A DNA stretch of 64,000 nt from Ophelia neglecta (taxonomy: Eukaryota): positions 118,792,001 to 118,856,000 of the forward strand of contig OZ260661.1 in NCBI GenBank assembly GCA_965285935.1, written 5' to 3'. The translations under genes and the position numbers were made by a program. The notes beneath the pieces are model-generated. The model made no database searches and was not told the origin of the DNA. It worked only from the letters and a program-made list of their open reading frames with translations. Shown one piece after another: positions 49,301-62,200 of the stretch (position 1 is its first letter; every line of letters starts with the position of its first letter).

Positions 49301-52300
49301 TAAACCATGATAACATGACTACAAACCAGTTAAAAACCACAACTGTAAACCATGATAACATGTCTACAAACCAGTCCAAACCACATCAGTTAACCATGAT
49401 AACATGACTACAAACCAGTCTAAACCACAACTGTAAACCATGATAACATGACTACAAACCAGTTAAAAACCACAACTGTAAACCATGATAACATGTCTAC
49501 AAACCAGTCTAAACCACAACTGTAAACCATGATAACATGACTACAATCCAGTCCAAACCACATCAGTTAACCATGATAACATGACTACAAACTAGTCTAA
49601 ACCACAACTGTAAACCATGATAACATGACTACAAACCAGTCCAAACCACATCAGTTAACCATGATAACATGACTACAAACTAGTCTAAACCACAGCTGTA
49701 AACCATGATAACATGACTACAAACCAGTCTAAACCACAACTGTAAACCATGATAACATGACTACAAACCAGTCTAAACCACAACTGTAAACCATGATAAC
49801 ATGACTACAAACCAGTCTAAACCACAACTGTAAACCATGATAACATGACTACAAACCAGTTAAAAACCACATCTGTTAACCATGATAACATGACTACAAA
49901 CCAGTCCAAACCACAACTGTAAACCATGATAACATGTCTACAAACCAGTCTAAACCACAACTGTAAACCATGATAACATGACTACAAACCAGTCTAAACC
50001 ACAACTGTAAACCATGATAACATGACTACAAACCAGTCTAAACCACAACTGTAAACCATGATAACATGACTACAAACCAGTCTAAACCACAACTGTAAAC
50101 CATGATAACATGTCTACAAACCAGTTAAAAACCACATCTGTTAACCATGATAACATGACTACAAACCAGTTAAAAACCACATCTGTTAACCATGATAACA
50201 TGACTACAAACCAGTCTAAACCACAACTGTAAACCATAATAACATGACTACAAACCAGTCTAAACCACAACTGTAAACCATGATAACATGACTACAAACC
50301 AGTTAAAAACCACATCTGTTAACCATGATAACATGACTACAAACCAGTCCAAACCATAACTGTAAACCATGATAACATGTCTACAAACCAGTTAAAAACC
50401 ACAACTGTAAACCATAACATGACTACAAGCCAGTTAAAAACCACATCTGTTAACCATGATAACATGAGTCAAACCCCCAGTTTATTCAGTTTTTTGGGGG
50501 CAGCTTGTATATGCCAACTTTTTTGAGCAGCCGCTTCGAAGACAATATCGCCACCAATAGCAAATAAATTTCTATCCTCCACATTCCATTGTGGTGTAGT
50601 AAAAGGAAAACAATTGCAGTTTTTTCTTTCAGTTCATTTGGGCAGCAAAAATTCCATAATCTGGCTGAGATTTTTATTGAACAACATCCGAACATCTTAA
50701 GTTGCAATGGCAATGGAACTAAAGACATGACTGAGTCTACCGTGAATCCCCTTTTAGAAGCCGCGACTTTTGGTGATTTCAGATTTATAAAAACCCTAAA
50801 TTTAACGTCTGCGGAGGGGATGCGACTTCTAATAGGGTTTTCTTGTGGATGATTTCAGTTTCGTGCGGCCTAGTGGCCATACTGTCGGAAGTTTATGGTA
50901 GAATATTCATACAGCCATCTACCGGCTGCTAGTAGGACTACCAGTACAGATAGTCAATATTCAGTACTACTTTTACTACTTAGTAAGGGATCGCTGCTGG
51001 TTGGTACTACTATTCCCGCCATTATGATTGTTCGTTTTTATTACGAAATACATGATAAAGACAGAGACACAATAATAAAATATAACTATGTATTATCAAA
51101 TGTACATGCAAGCGAAATAGAAACACAAATCAATATATATACATAGATAGATACATACAACTAGGCGAAGACTTAATTAACAGCTTAAGGCTGTCTCTCA
51201 ATACCGACTAATCTAGCCTCCCTATTATCGCTATATCGCTATTATCGATATTATGCTATTTCGCCGCAAATGTGTGAGACGAATTTTAACACCCCACGAC
51301 ATGTCAAACCACTGCAACCTTTCATGCTTATGTATTTGTGTTTACTGATTGTGTTGCCAAGGATTAAGAATACTGCAATTAACAATCGCAGAGTATAGGA
51401 AACAACGAAGCATTGTCACCTTGGACAGGAGTTTTGATAGGACCCTGGACTGCGAGGCTTGTAAATGCAATCAGGGTAGGCATCTGGCGCCGAGCGCCAG
51501 ACTTCAAAGGCACTACTGTTTTGACACCTTATCAGCTTATTGGAACGTTGGTGGGTTTATTCTGTGTTTTAACACTTGGGTGGCTTTTATTAATGCGTCT
51601 TATATGGGGGTTTTTGCTTCTTATAAGTCAGTTATAAAAAAAAGTCAATATGTTTGACTGAATTGGGGGTGCGACTACTAATAGGGATGAGTCTTCTAAA
51701 ATGGGGATTCACGGTATAAACAGATAAAAGTTCTTTACTATGTTACTTAGACCTAAATGATTATTGAGAGGATAGAGAAAAGTATGGGCTGCAAATTCAT
51801 GGGTGTTTTCAGATTTGACCACGTTCTACATGTTCAAGGTCAAATAACTAAATAATCATAATTTCACCCCTTTAAGAAATATGAAACTAGATCAACATAA
51901 AATAGGTTATGGTAAGTTGAAGTGCATTGACAGATAATAAGATCATGTGTGCAAAGACCCTGGCTGTAATCTTGATTTGACCTTGACCTCTTCTTCAAGG
52001 TCATGTAGAGACGATTGATATTTCAGTGGACTCCATCTAGTTAATAGTGCAAGGCGGACATGTAATCTATTAACCTCTTAATATAGGAAAAAATCATATG
52101 CTTAGTATCTACGGAGAAAGCTGAGCCCAATGTCAATGGACATCATGTTAAGGATAAGCTTGTTCCCTTGCATCAAAATTTATTATAATATGATTCATTT
52201 GGCTGTAACTGGGTTATTAGGATTTCAGGGCATGCCATGCTGTGAAGTGTGTCAGTGAGTTACAATTGTTACCATAGATCACTGTTTAATGATAACCTCA

Positions 52301-55300
52301 GGCAAAGTTAACAAGTTAATGACAACCATGACAACTACTTTGGCAACTTGGCTCTAAACCAAGGTCAGTGTGTGGAGGATTATCATATGCCTATCTAGGA
52401 GAACCATGGTCCATTGTAGTTTTGCCGTCATGTGATGGCTCTAATTACATGAATGTCGCAGTGAGAAAATACATATTATGGTACTTCCGGTCAATAAAGG
52501 ACAGACAGTGTAGTTGTCAAATGATATCAATTGCACTCTTTCTGCAAAAAATCTAATGGTTTGTATTTATAAGTAGTCTTTAACATCAATGGTTGAGTTT
52601 GAGTATGTATGATATATAGATTTTCAGAGGTGCTCTACTTTACACGATGATATATTGTTCTGGTGCTGTATACTCTTTCACTTTAGAAAACAATTCACAA
52701 TGTATATGTATGCCAAGGAAAGCATACAAGTAATTGTGTGTTTATAATAGCGGGAGTAATATATAAGACTGTCTCAGGGACTGGCAGATACCTGGAGTGA
52801 TATGTAGGACTGTCTCAGGGACTGGCAGATACCTGGAGTGATATGTAGGACTGTCTCAGGAACTGGCAGGTCCTGATGTGTAGGACTGTCTCAGGGACTG
52901 GCAGGTCCTGATGTGTAGGACTGTCTCAGGGACTGGCAGGTCCTGATGTGTAGGACTGTCTCAGGGACTGGCAGGTCCTGGAGTGATGTGTAGGACTGTC
53001 TCAGGGACTGGCAGGTCCTGATGTGTAGGACTGTCTCAGGGACTGGCAGGTCCTGATGTGTAGGACTGTCTCAGGGACTGGCAGGTCCTGGAGTGATGTG
53101 TAGGACTGTCTCAGGGACTGGCAGGTCCTGGAGTGATGTGTAGGTCTGTCTCAGGGACTGGCAGGTCCTGGAGTGATGTGTAGGACTGTCTCAGGGACTG
53201 GCAGGTCCTGGAGTGATGTGTAGGACTGTCTCAGGGACTGGCAGGTCCTGATGTGTAGGACTGTCTCAGGGACTGGCAGGTCCTGGAGTGATGTGTAGGA
53301 CTGTCTCAGGGACTGGCAGGTCCTGATGTGTAGGACTGTCTCAGGGACTGGCAGGTCCTGGAGTGATGTGTAGGACTGTCTCAGGGACTGGCAGGTCCTG
53401 GAGTGATGTGTAGGACTGTCTCAGGGACTGGCAGGTCCTGATGTGTAGGACTGTCTCAGGGACTGGCAGGTCCTGATGTGTAGGACTGTCTCAGGGACTG
53501 GCAGGTCCTGATGTGTAGGACTGTCTCAGGGACTGGCAGGTCCTGGAGTGATGTGTAGGTCTGTCTCAGGGACTGGCAGGTCCTGGAGTGATGTGTAGGA
53601 CTGTCTCGGGAGGGACTGGCATATACCCATAGTGGTATGTAAGACTGTCTCAGGAAGGACTGGCATATATCCATAGTGGTATGTAAGACTGTCTCAGGGA
53701 CTGGCATATACCCATAGTGATATGTAAGACTGTCTCAGGGACCGGCATATATACCCTTAGTTGTATGTAAGACTGGCATATACCCATAGTGGTATGTAAG
53801 ACTGTCTCAGGGACTGGTGTGTCCTGGAGTGATATGTAGGACTGTCTCAGGGACTGGCATATACCCATAGTGGTATGTAAGACTGGCATATACCCATATT
53901 GGTATGTAAGACTGGCATATACCCATAGTGGTATGTAAGACTGGCATATACCCATAGTGGTATGTAAGACTGTCTCAGGAAGGACTGGCATATACCCAAA
54001 GTAGGCTTTGTTCTGAGGTGTTGAATCACATTGCGAATTGGGTCATAGCTGAGATGACCGAATGATTAACCAGCACAAACCTCCCATGTTGTTCATTGCT
54101 TGCCGTGTTAAAATGAAAGTTACAATGTAGCATACAAATTTTATTTGACAGGTGTCAACAGTTGAATAAAGAAACCTGTCATAATAGTTAAGTATATCAC
54201 AGCTAATTCGTGACTTTTCCCGTAGTTTTGCTGCCAGTGATATCCCAATACATCTGGTGTTTGCAATAGATTGTTACCAGTACATTAATCTGCCTATAAT
54301 ACCTCAATATTTACATATTCTGTGTGCAAGGTTGTCCACTGGGCATATGTACATCATTTGGCCATCGCTGTTCTTAGACCACGCACCACGGCGCCTGCGC
54401 ACCAAAATCATCAGCGTGGCTTTACAAGAACGATCTATACCCATAGTGGTATGTAAGACTGTCTTAAGGACTGGTATATACCCATAGTGATATGTAAGAC
54501 TGTCTCAGCGACTGGAAAATACCCATAGTGATATATAGGATTGTCTCAGGCATTTGTTTTTGGTACTGGCTGTAGTGTGCAATGAATTTTTAAATGTTTT
54601 CCAATAGAGTTTTTTTTACTGGATACCTGTATGTGTATATGGATGGTGGATACTGCTATTAACCTGCATGTTAGCTGCCATATGTGCTGTGCAATAAGGT
54701 CGTATGGTTAATAAAAGTCATTTGCTAAGTCCCTCACATGACACCCATTTTTTGAAAAAATAAAAATACAATTTACTAGTCAGGCAATTATGGATGTTGA
54801 TATCAGTATATTAGATGTCATGTCAGATAAATTAAACAAAACATGTTGGGGTCCCCCGGGGATCAATAATTGGTCCACTGTTTTTTGTTATTCATTATTG
54901 ATTTGGCTGATATCAGCGAGGAAACATTTGTAGTCTTTTCGCGGATGACTCTGATGTGTTTGTCTCTGGCAACAACCCTAATGATCTTGTTGACATTATG
55001 AATATCGAGAAAAAATTACCCTTTGGCTTGAAGCGAATAAATTAGCTTTAAACATTAAAAAATACTCACTATGGGATATTTAAATCATGCTGCAGGATTG
55101 TGTCATATACATGTATATCATAAGTAATTTGATTTTGATTTTCTTCTAGCAGAACTCTAATTAGTTCATGTTTTTTATATTTCTACTAATGTTAAAACCT
55201 ACACTGTTTATACCCCTTGGCAATAAACAACATCAAACGTCCAAATGTGAGGATAATATTATCCTTTCTCTTTTTTGCAGTATTACTAATAGATTTATGA

Positions 55301-56138
55301 GGTTAAAAGAATCACATTGGCAGCTTACTGACTTAACCAAGAAGGGTCAACAAATTACATAATTGATATATAACTGATATACTGTTTACCACCAAAGATA
55401 AGGTGGCTAGATGCAGAGCCCACGGATCAAGTTCTTCAGCAAGCTACCAGTCAGGTTGCATCCACTGCCTTGTGCTGAGTCAAGTCAGGTCTGCTCCATC
55501 ATTTGTTTATGCCAGTAAGCTGTTCCACAAAGCACTTCTCCAATGATGTATTTTCCTGCAAGCATGGTCTTAATAAGCACTATCTTTATAATGGCTGAGC
55601 GCATATCTTAAAGTAGGACTTTTTTTTTCGTAGTTGAACTTTGTGTCCCAGGGGGGATGCCCTGTTGTCACTATCGTTTCAAAGTGACTGAGACTTAACT
55701 TCAGGCTGCCAGTTCACTCTTTGACTCCAGGCTGCATTTTCATAGCAGTTCCACTAACACAAACACAATACATTGGTGAACACTGTGAACATAGTAGATG
55801 ACTGTGACATCATAGATTTCTCGGTGAAATAGCACCAAACATATACATATGCTTTCTGAAATCTAACAAATTTACCTGTTTATGTGTGGATGCCTTATAA
55901 TTTATTTTTGAAAGCCTAAGCTATTCTTTTTATACAGGGTTTTGGTGCTGAAATAATGTAATACAGGGAGCATCACCCGTTTTGTATTTTTCGCCAATTC
56001 GATTTATCATCACTTTGCATGGTACAGACTACTGTAGTAACTGTACACATGTAAAATCTGATAGTTTGACAATTAAATTCCTATCTGCCTATAAGATTAT
56101 TATTATATCCGCGAAATGCGGATATTATGTTTTCAGTA

Positions 56139-56214
<76 letters not shown>

Positions 56215-59200
56215 AGATTTTAGTCGTTAACGCGATAACTCAAAAACCATTTCGTACATCTGTTTCAAATTCAACACAGCCATAGACCTTATTGAGAGGA
56301 GGAACTGATTAGATTCTGGTGAAAATCCAATAATTATTAATTAGTTAAAACAATTAATTAATTGCGTCAGAAACACATTTTCTGCAATAACACAAAAAAT
56401 ATTTGATACATCTTTTTCTAATTTGACACAGCCATAGACCTTATTGAGAGGAAGACCTGTATTTATTCTGGTGAATTTCTGATAATTATTAATTAGTTAA
56501 AATAATTAATTAATTATGTCAAAATCACCTTTTCTATCATATATTCCAAAGTATAGATGATATTGGCTTGAAGTTTTGTGTCATGATTCATGTAATAACT
56601 ATATACAATCTATGTAATAAGTTAACTAGTTAACTATATTAATGACCTGAAAAAAAATTAGTTAAGGTGGTTTTGCATTATTCTTGAGGTCATATGGAAC
56701 CAACTTTATTAATGACCTGCCTTATTATTGAGGTTATATAGAAGCTACTACAATCTGTGTAACAAGTTAACTAGTACTGTGTAATAAGTTAACTAGTTAA
56801 CTTTATTAATGACCTGAAAAAAAAAATTAGTTAAGGCAGTTTTTCATTATTATTGAGGTCATATGGAACCTACTACAATGTGTGTAATAAGTTAACTAGT
56901 TAACTTTATTAATGACCTGAAAAAAATTTAGTTAGGGTCGTTTTGCCTTATTATTGAGGTCATATGACACCAACTTTAAGAATGACCTGCATTATTATTG
57001 AGGTCAAATAGAACCTACTACAATCTGTGTAATAAGTTAACTAGTACTGTGTAATAAGTTAACTAGTTTATCTTTATTAATGACCTGAACAAAAATAAGT
57101 TAAGGTCGTTATCTTTTGTGCCAACTAAAAACTACCATATTCACTACCTCGCCTTATGCCATGTTCCCCATTCGATTATTGCACGCATTCGCGGATATAC
57201 CCCTTGCTGTCGGCCCCCCGACAGCGTTGGCCTAGTTAAGTTTGTACTTGGGGTGGCAAAATTTTTTCTATTCAGGCTTTAACCATACAAGTATATAAAG
57301 CATAAGAAATAATATACCCTATCCAATAATGGCATAGGCCTGCGAAACTGGTGCAAAATGGTGATATCCTAGGAAAAGTACAAACACATTAAATGGTTGC
57401 TAGCAACCAGTATTAGTTAAAATGGCAGTGGCTTGTCACAAAAGAAACTTCATTACATACCTAATTAAATGCTGCAAGTGTTTCTTGTTTACCAGTGTAA
57501 ACTCTTATAGTATACTTGAGGCATTATCCCATACAATTTCTTCTGAAAATGCCAATAGGGCTTTAGTCACTTGAGCAGACACTTGGAGTGTTGGCCTCTA
57601 AAACCAGCATGTTGTGAAGACAGCCATTGAGGAGTACCTTTCTTCCCCTGGGCATTAACTTTTAACATATGGGAAGGTGACATGTATGTGTGTTATTGTC
57701 CTCGACATTAATAGCAATTTTTATAAATCATTATCATTGCAGTCTTGTTTTTCGGTGGTTTATTATGTACGGTATGGTAAAAGCCAGTACATTCTGAATG
57801 GCACAGCTAGTCAGTGTGCCAATAACTTCAATGTTACTGTCATTATCATGATTACGACTTGAACTTTAGGTCCTTCTTTGGGTGCCTTGTTTGTTCATTC
57901 TGATATTTGGCTTGACACATGCTTGAGGCCAAAGTTGACAGACAGGCTTGTTATTGACTGTTAGTATTATATAATTTTAAGCATGTCTATCTTTACATGT
58001 TCAGCATGCTGATAATCAATACTCAAAGCCTCTTTTAAAGTGGGTCCAATTCCTTATTAGCGTATTCAACACAACTTAAGACATCAACCAGGACCATTGG
58101 TACAATTGGATGTTAGGAGAGATGTGAGTGACTGATCAGATTTCTGTATGCATTAATTAATATATAGATGACAGGTCATGTGTAGCTGTGGTCCTTCCAG
58201 GTTTAATGATTTTTGCTGCTTGTTCCAGGGACATGAGAAGTGTGAGTAACATCCTTGCCGGTGAGTTTCTGGTGGACATCCATCGTATCTGCAGTGAGAG
58301 CGAGGAGGAGGATGTCTCCCAGCTACAGGACTACCTGCTGGCTGGCCGGGGCTGTGTCATACTCAAAGTGCTCGCTACCATCGGGGTCAAGGTAACTAGT
58401 TATAGGCCACTAGACTCTGACTACAGGGCCTTATTAACCACATGTCTCAGTCAACACCATATGATTAAAAACATGAATATTATATTTCATATGATATCAA
58501 TTTTAATAACTTAATTTAATTTACTCCTATTTCTATATGTCATAAAGCAGCTATTTGAACTATTAGTTTCCGACAGATTAGCGTACTGTTGATAAATTAT
58601 GCAATGGATTCGATTATTTCCTGTTTGTATTCACATATCTGTACCTCTGTAGGGACTGTCCTGTGGTAGAGAGCTGGGTGAGCTGTTGGTGTCCCTACTC
58701 CCTATGTGTATGAAGTTTCCATCTGAGCTGAGCACCAGATCCTCATCAGGTAAGACAGATTCATGTATATCCCCTTACCATCAGACTTATCAATTTGAAC
58801 CTGAAGTGTTAGGGAACACCAAGGAACATATTGAGGCTGAAGAGGATGTGGAGGTTTCTAATTCAGGAGATAAAATTGCACCACAAAGGATTTTTTTGCC
58901 CAGCCAAATTTGTTGATTGTGACTTAGTTATTCCTAGCCAGTGCAAAATGCTATGATGTCAACCAATTTCTGAACTGCAGGGCCCTAATGCTAGAAGGAC
59001 CTTTGCTATGGTTTTGCTTGGAAGACAATGGTATCTTGTTTACTTTTCACACTGGGTAATCAAGGCACCTTATCACACAGAGCATATGAAAAGGCAACGC
59101 CACACATCTAGTTGTTGTAACGCCCATTTGTTGCATCGTAAAAAGCCACAGAGTTCATCTCTCTGTAGTTATCTACAAAAGATAAAGCCAAAGGTGGAAC

Positions 59201-62200
59201 AATACAAACGAAACAATTACTTCCTTAAAAAAGATTATACACATGTATTATACAAGAGTTGTATGTCTGGGGTTGAAAAGTGAAATACAATTAACACTTC
59301 AGAGGTTGTAAAATTGTTTCTTTTCTTATTATATTCCATAGAAGCCTCTATGAATTAGTACCTTCTTGATCAAACACCCTGAAAACATCAAACAGTTCTA
59401 ATTTTGGCTTATTTCAAAACATGAATATGATTAACTCACAAGCAAGCATTTAATTTCTTGCTCCTCGGGCATCCAACCTAGTGGCCCTGCGTACTGCCAA
59501 AGAAAGGCTCGCTGTACAAGTTTATATGCCAACTCCAGGTTTTTAATATTTTCATGGAATTAGCAAGATAGTGCAATACCGATGTGCTTGCAATACTGGC
59601 CTTCTGCTTTGTGATGGATGTTACCCAGACACACATGAGAAAACCATCAAAAGTAATATTCTCCTGGCTTCTCCTGTACTTGACATACTCAATGAGCTCT
59701 TAAATGAAATGATTTGATCTATGATATCCATGTGTTTAGTAATTTAACGATGATAGCTTCCTGTTGTCCTTCGCCATGAGTCCTCTTTCCTCTGAAATGG
59801 GGGGCACGCGACTCCCCACATGGTCTCTCAGCTCTCTGTGATTGCGCTTTTTGATTGCTCAGCATGCTTCCATCGCCGATAAGAGTATATTTTGTTTCCT
59901 TAGTCAAGATTCTCCTAGCACAGAGCCAGGGCAGTCACTGTTATTATTCCCCCTTTTCATTTCTCTTGCCCCTTCATGGAAAGAGGAAACTGTATACTCA
60001 GACAAGTGTTATACTGGTAGCTGCTTTGAAATTTGCCTTGCATTAGTAAGGACATGTAGTTTAACTAAAAGTATACATGTTATTAACATATCATAAATGG
60101 CAAATAAAGCCTTCAGTGTATTTAAATCTTACTAGCAGAAAAATTAGTATTTCCGTCTCACGTTGTTCATTTATTTCACAGATGTCCTGCTTTGTGGAAT
60201 GGAGAGTTGTTTTCTCACCTTGTCTGCCATCCGGTCACCCTCACTGGCCAAGTTCCCGGAGCTGACTGAAGTTACAAGGCGCGTAGGACCCAAAACGGCC
60301 TGGACGCGCTCAGCCACCGAGTCAGCCTTCTACCGCTCCCTTCACTATCACCAGCAACAGAAACATCGCCGCTCCCGAAACCAGTCCAGCTCAGACTCGG
60401 AGGACAAGGAGGAACCCCCAATGTATCATGGGAAATATCGACAGACGGCCCCGGCCCCAAAGCTTCTCCTAGAGGACTCTGGTAGTCACCTTGGGGTTTT
60501 CCCAGGAGTTCTACATGGACAGTCGTCTACGGAGGAGCTTAGCGTTACATACTCTGAAGATTACGAGCTGGACCATGTGCCAAAAGTGCAGATCAATGCA
60601 GTAGACTTGTGTATACTTCTGTTAACTTTGTTAAAAGACTTGAGCCATGACGATGGCCCTCAAGTGGATAATAAAAAGTCAGTGTCCATGTCTTTGATGC
60701 CAAGTCTAGCCCAACTTTTCACCAGCTTCCATTATGATAATAATAATTCTACCTCCAGTATCGAGAGTTCAGATTTAGAGGATGCGGAGATGGGTGAAAT
60801 GCCAGAAGGATGGATGTCAAAGGATATCTCAGTACTTGAACGTTACATGGTGAGGGTGCTCAATACAATGGCCACAAATATAAGTGAGCAGTCAAATGGA
60901 CTCACCGTACTGCTCGCAAATGGTGCTTTGTCCTCAATTCTGGAGGTGGCTTGGTCAGTCATGAAGGAATTGGAAGCTCACAAGATTTCAAGTGTGTCAC
61001 AAGAAAGCACCAAAGGGTTGGACCAGCTTTTCCTAGTCAGTGATATTACTCATGGGGCCTGGCTTCTGTTACAGAGTGTTTTCACAACTATTCCCCTTAA
61101 CCCATCTATTCTTAAAACTGCCCTGAAACTGTTCAATGACATTGTAGTTAACCATGGTTTACAGCTGTTGGAGAGTGTTCTGCTGCAGTTTGAAAACCTC
61201 ATGCTTCATTCAGAGACAATATCCCCCCATGATATGCAATGTGCCAAAGATTCTGTGGTGAATCTAGTCATGACTATTTCCAGAGTGATCATAGCCCTGA
61301 AAAAGTCTAAAATTGACTATGTGCATGCTGTGAAATGCTCCAGACGTCGTCACAAGCGCTGTGATTACAGCAGTTACACTCACCACCACCACGATATCCT
61401 AGGGCTGTCAGGGTGTGGAGAACAGGACTTGATTGAGAGCACTGGCTATGGCAGCATGGAGACCCTCAACCACTCCCCTCAGCAGGTGGTAGGGTTCAGC
61501 ATGTGTGCCGTGTCTGCCCTCGGTGAATTCATCCTCCAACTCTACCAGAAAGCCACCTCCAAGGTGCTGCAGGTCCGTCTGCTCAAGTGTCTGGAGGAGG
61601 CAGGCGTCTGCTGCTGTATGAGTCCATCCTCCATCATCAAAATGCTTCTTTTTAACATTGAGGCACAGAGCTCGGCGGTTAGGAACTTCATTCTCACGGT
61701 GCTGGTGAAAGTACTGCTGGACCAGTGTGGCGGTGCAGCCAGTGTTCAAAACAAGACTGAGCTATGTGGTGTGTGTCGGGATGAAGACCATGAGACTATG
61801 TCCAAAGCAGGTGACACAGCTGGCAAAACATCAAAGGACATAGCGGTCAAACGACAAGAAACCTCGGACAGTGCTCTCTCAGGCAGTGACGCTAGTTTGC
61901 CTGATGACAGTCCGGCTGTCATGCCTAAATGGAGGTGCTTCAAACAACTGCAGGAGTTGATTTTGGGAGAAGACGAGGAGATGAACCTACAAGCCATGCA
62001 GCATGTGCTCCGATTTGTCAGCCAGGGCAGTTCCTTTGTACAACAGGAGCTATTTTACTGTATATTTCTTCCCGTACTTCAGGCATCAAAACAGCATTTT
62101 TTAAAGTCTGATCAAGATGGAGGCAACTCAATGGAATGGGAGTTGGATGCTGAGATATCCCCTAGTGTAGTACAGTATTGTTTGAGCGCACTCCCAGTTC

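Noticed and set aside
48905-54000. CRISPR-like arrays
   Set aside because: Head-to-tail tandem units with no unique spacers, eukaryotic context and no cas genes
55982-56230. Poly-alanine ORF (also 34085-34303)
   Set aside because: Translation of the HINE GCC microsatellite
59450-59990. Coding-like patch in a LYST intron (YRCACNTGLLLCDGCYPDTH, zinc-finger-like)
   Set aside because: Short, bounded by stops, no splice-compatible frame; resemblance to transposase CxC domains is too weak without a search
60272-62111. Short overlapping ORFs within the large LYST exon
   Set aside because: Alternative-frame and antisense shadows of the LYST CDS
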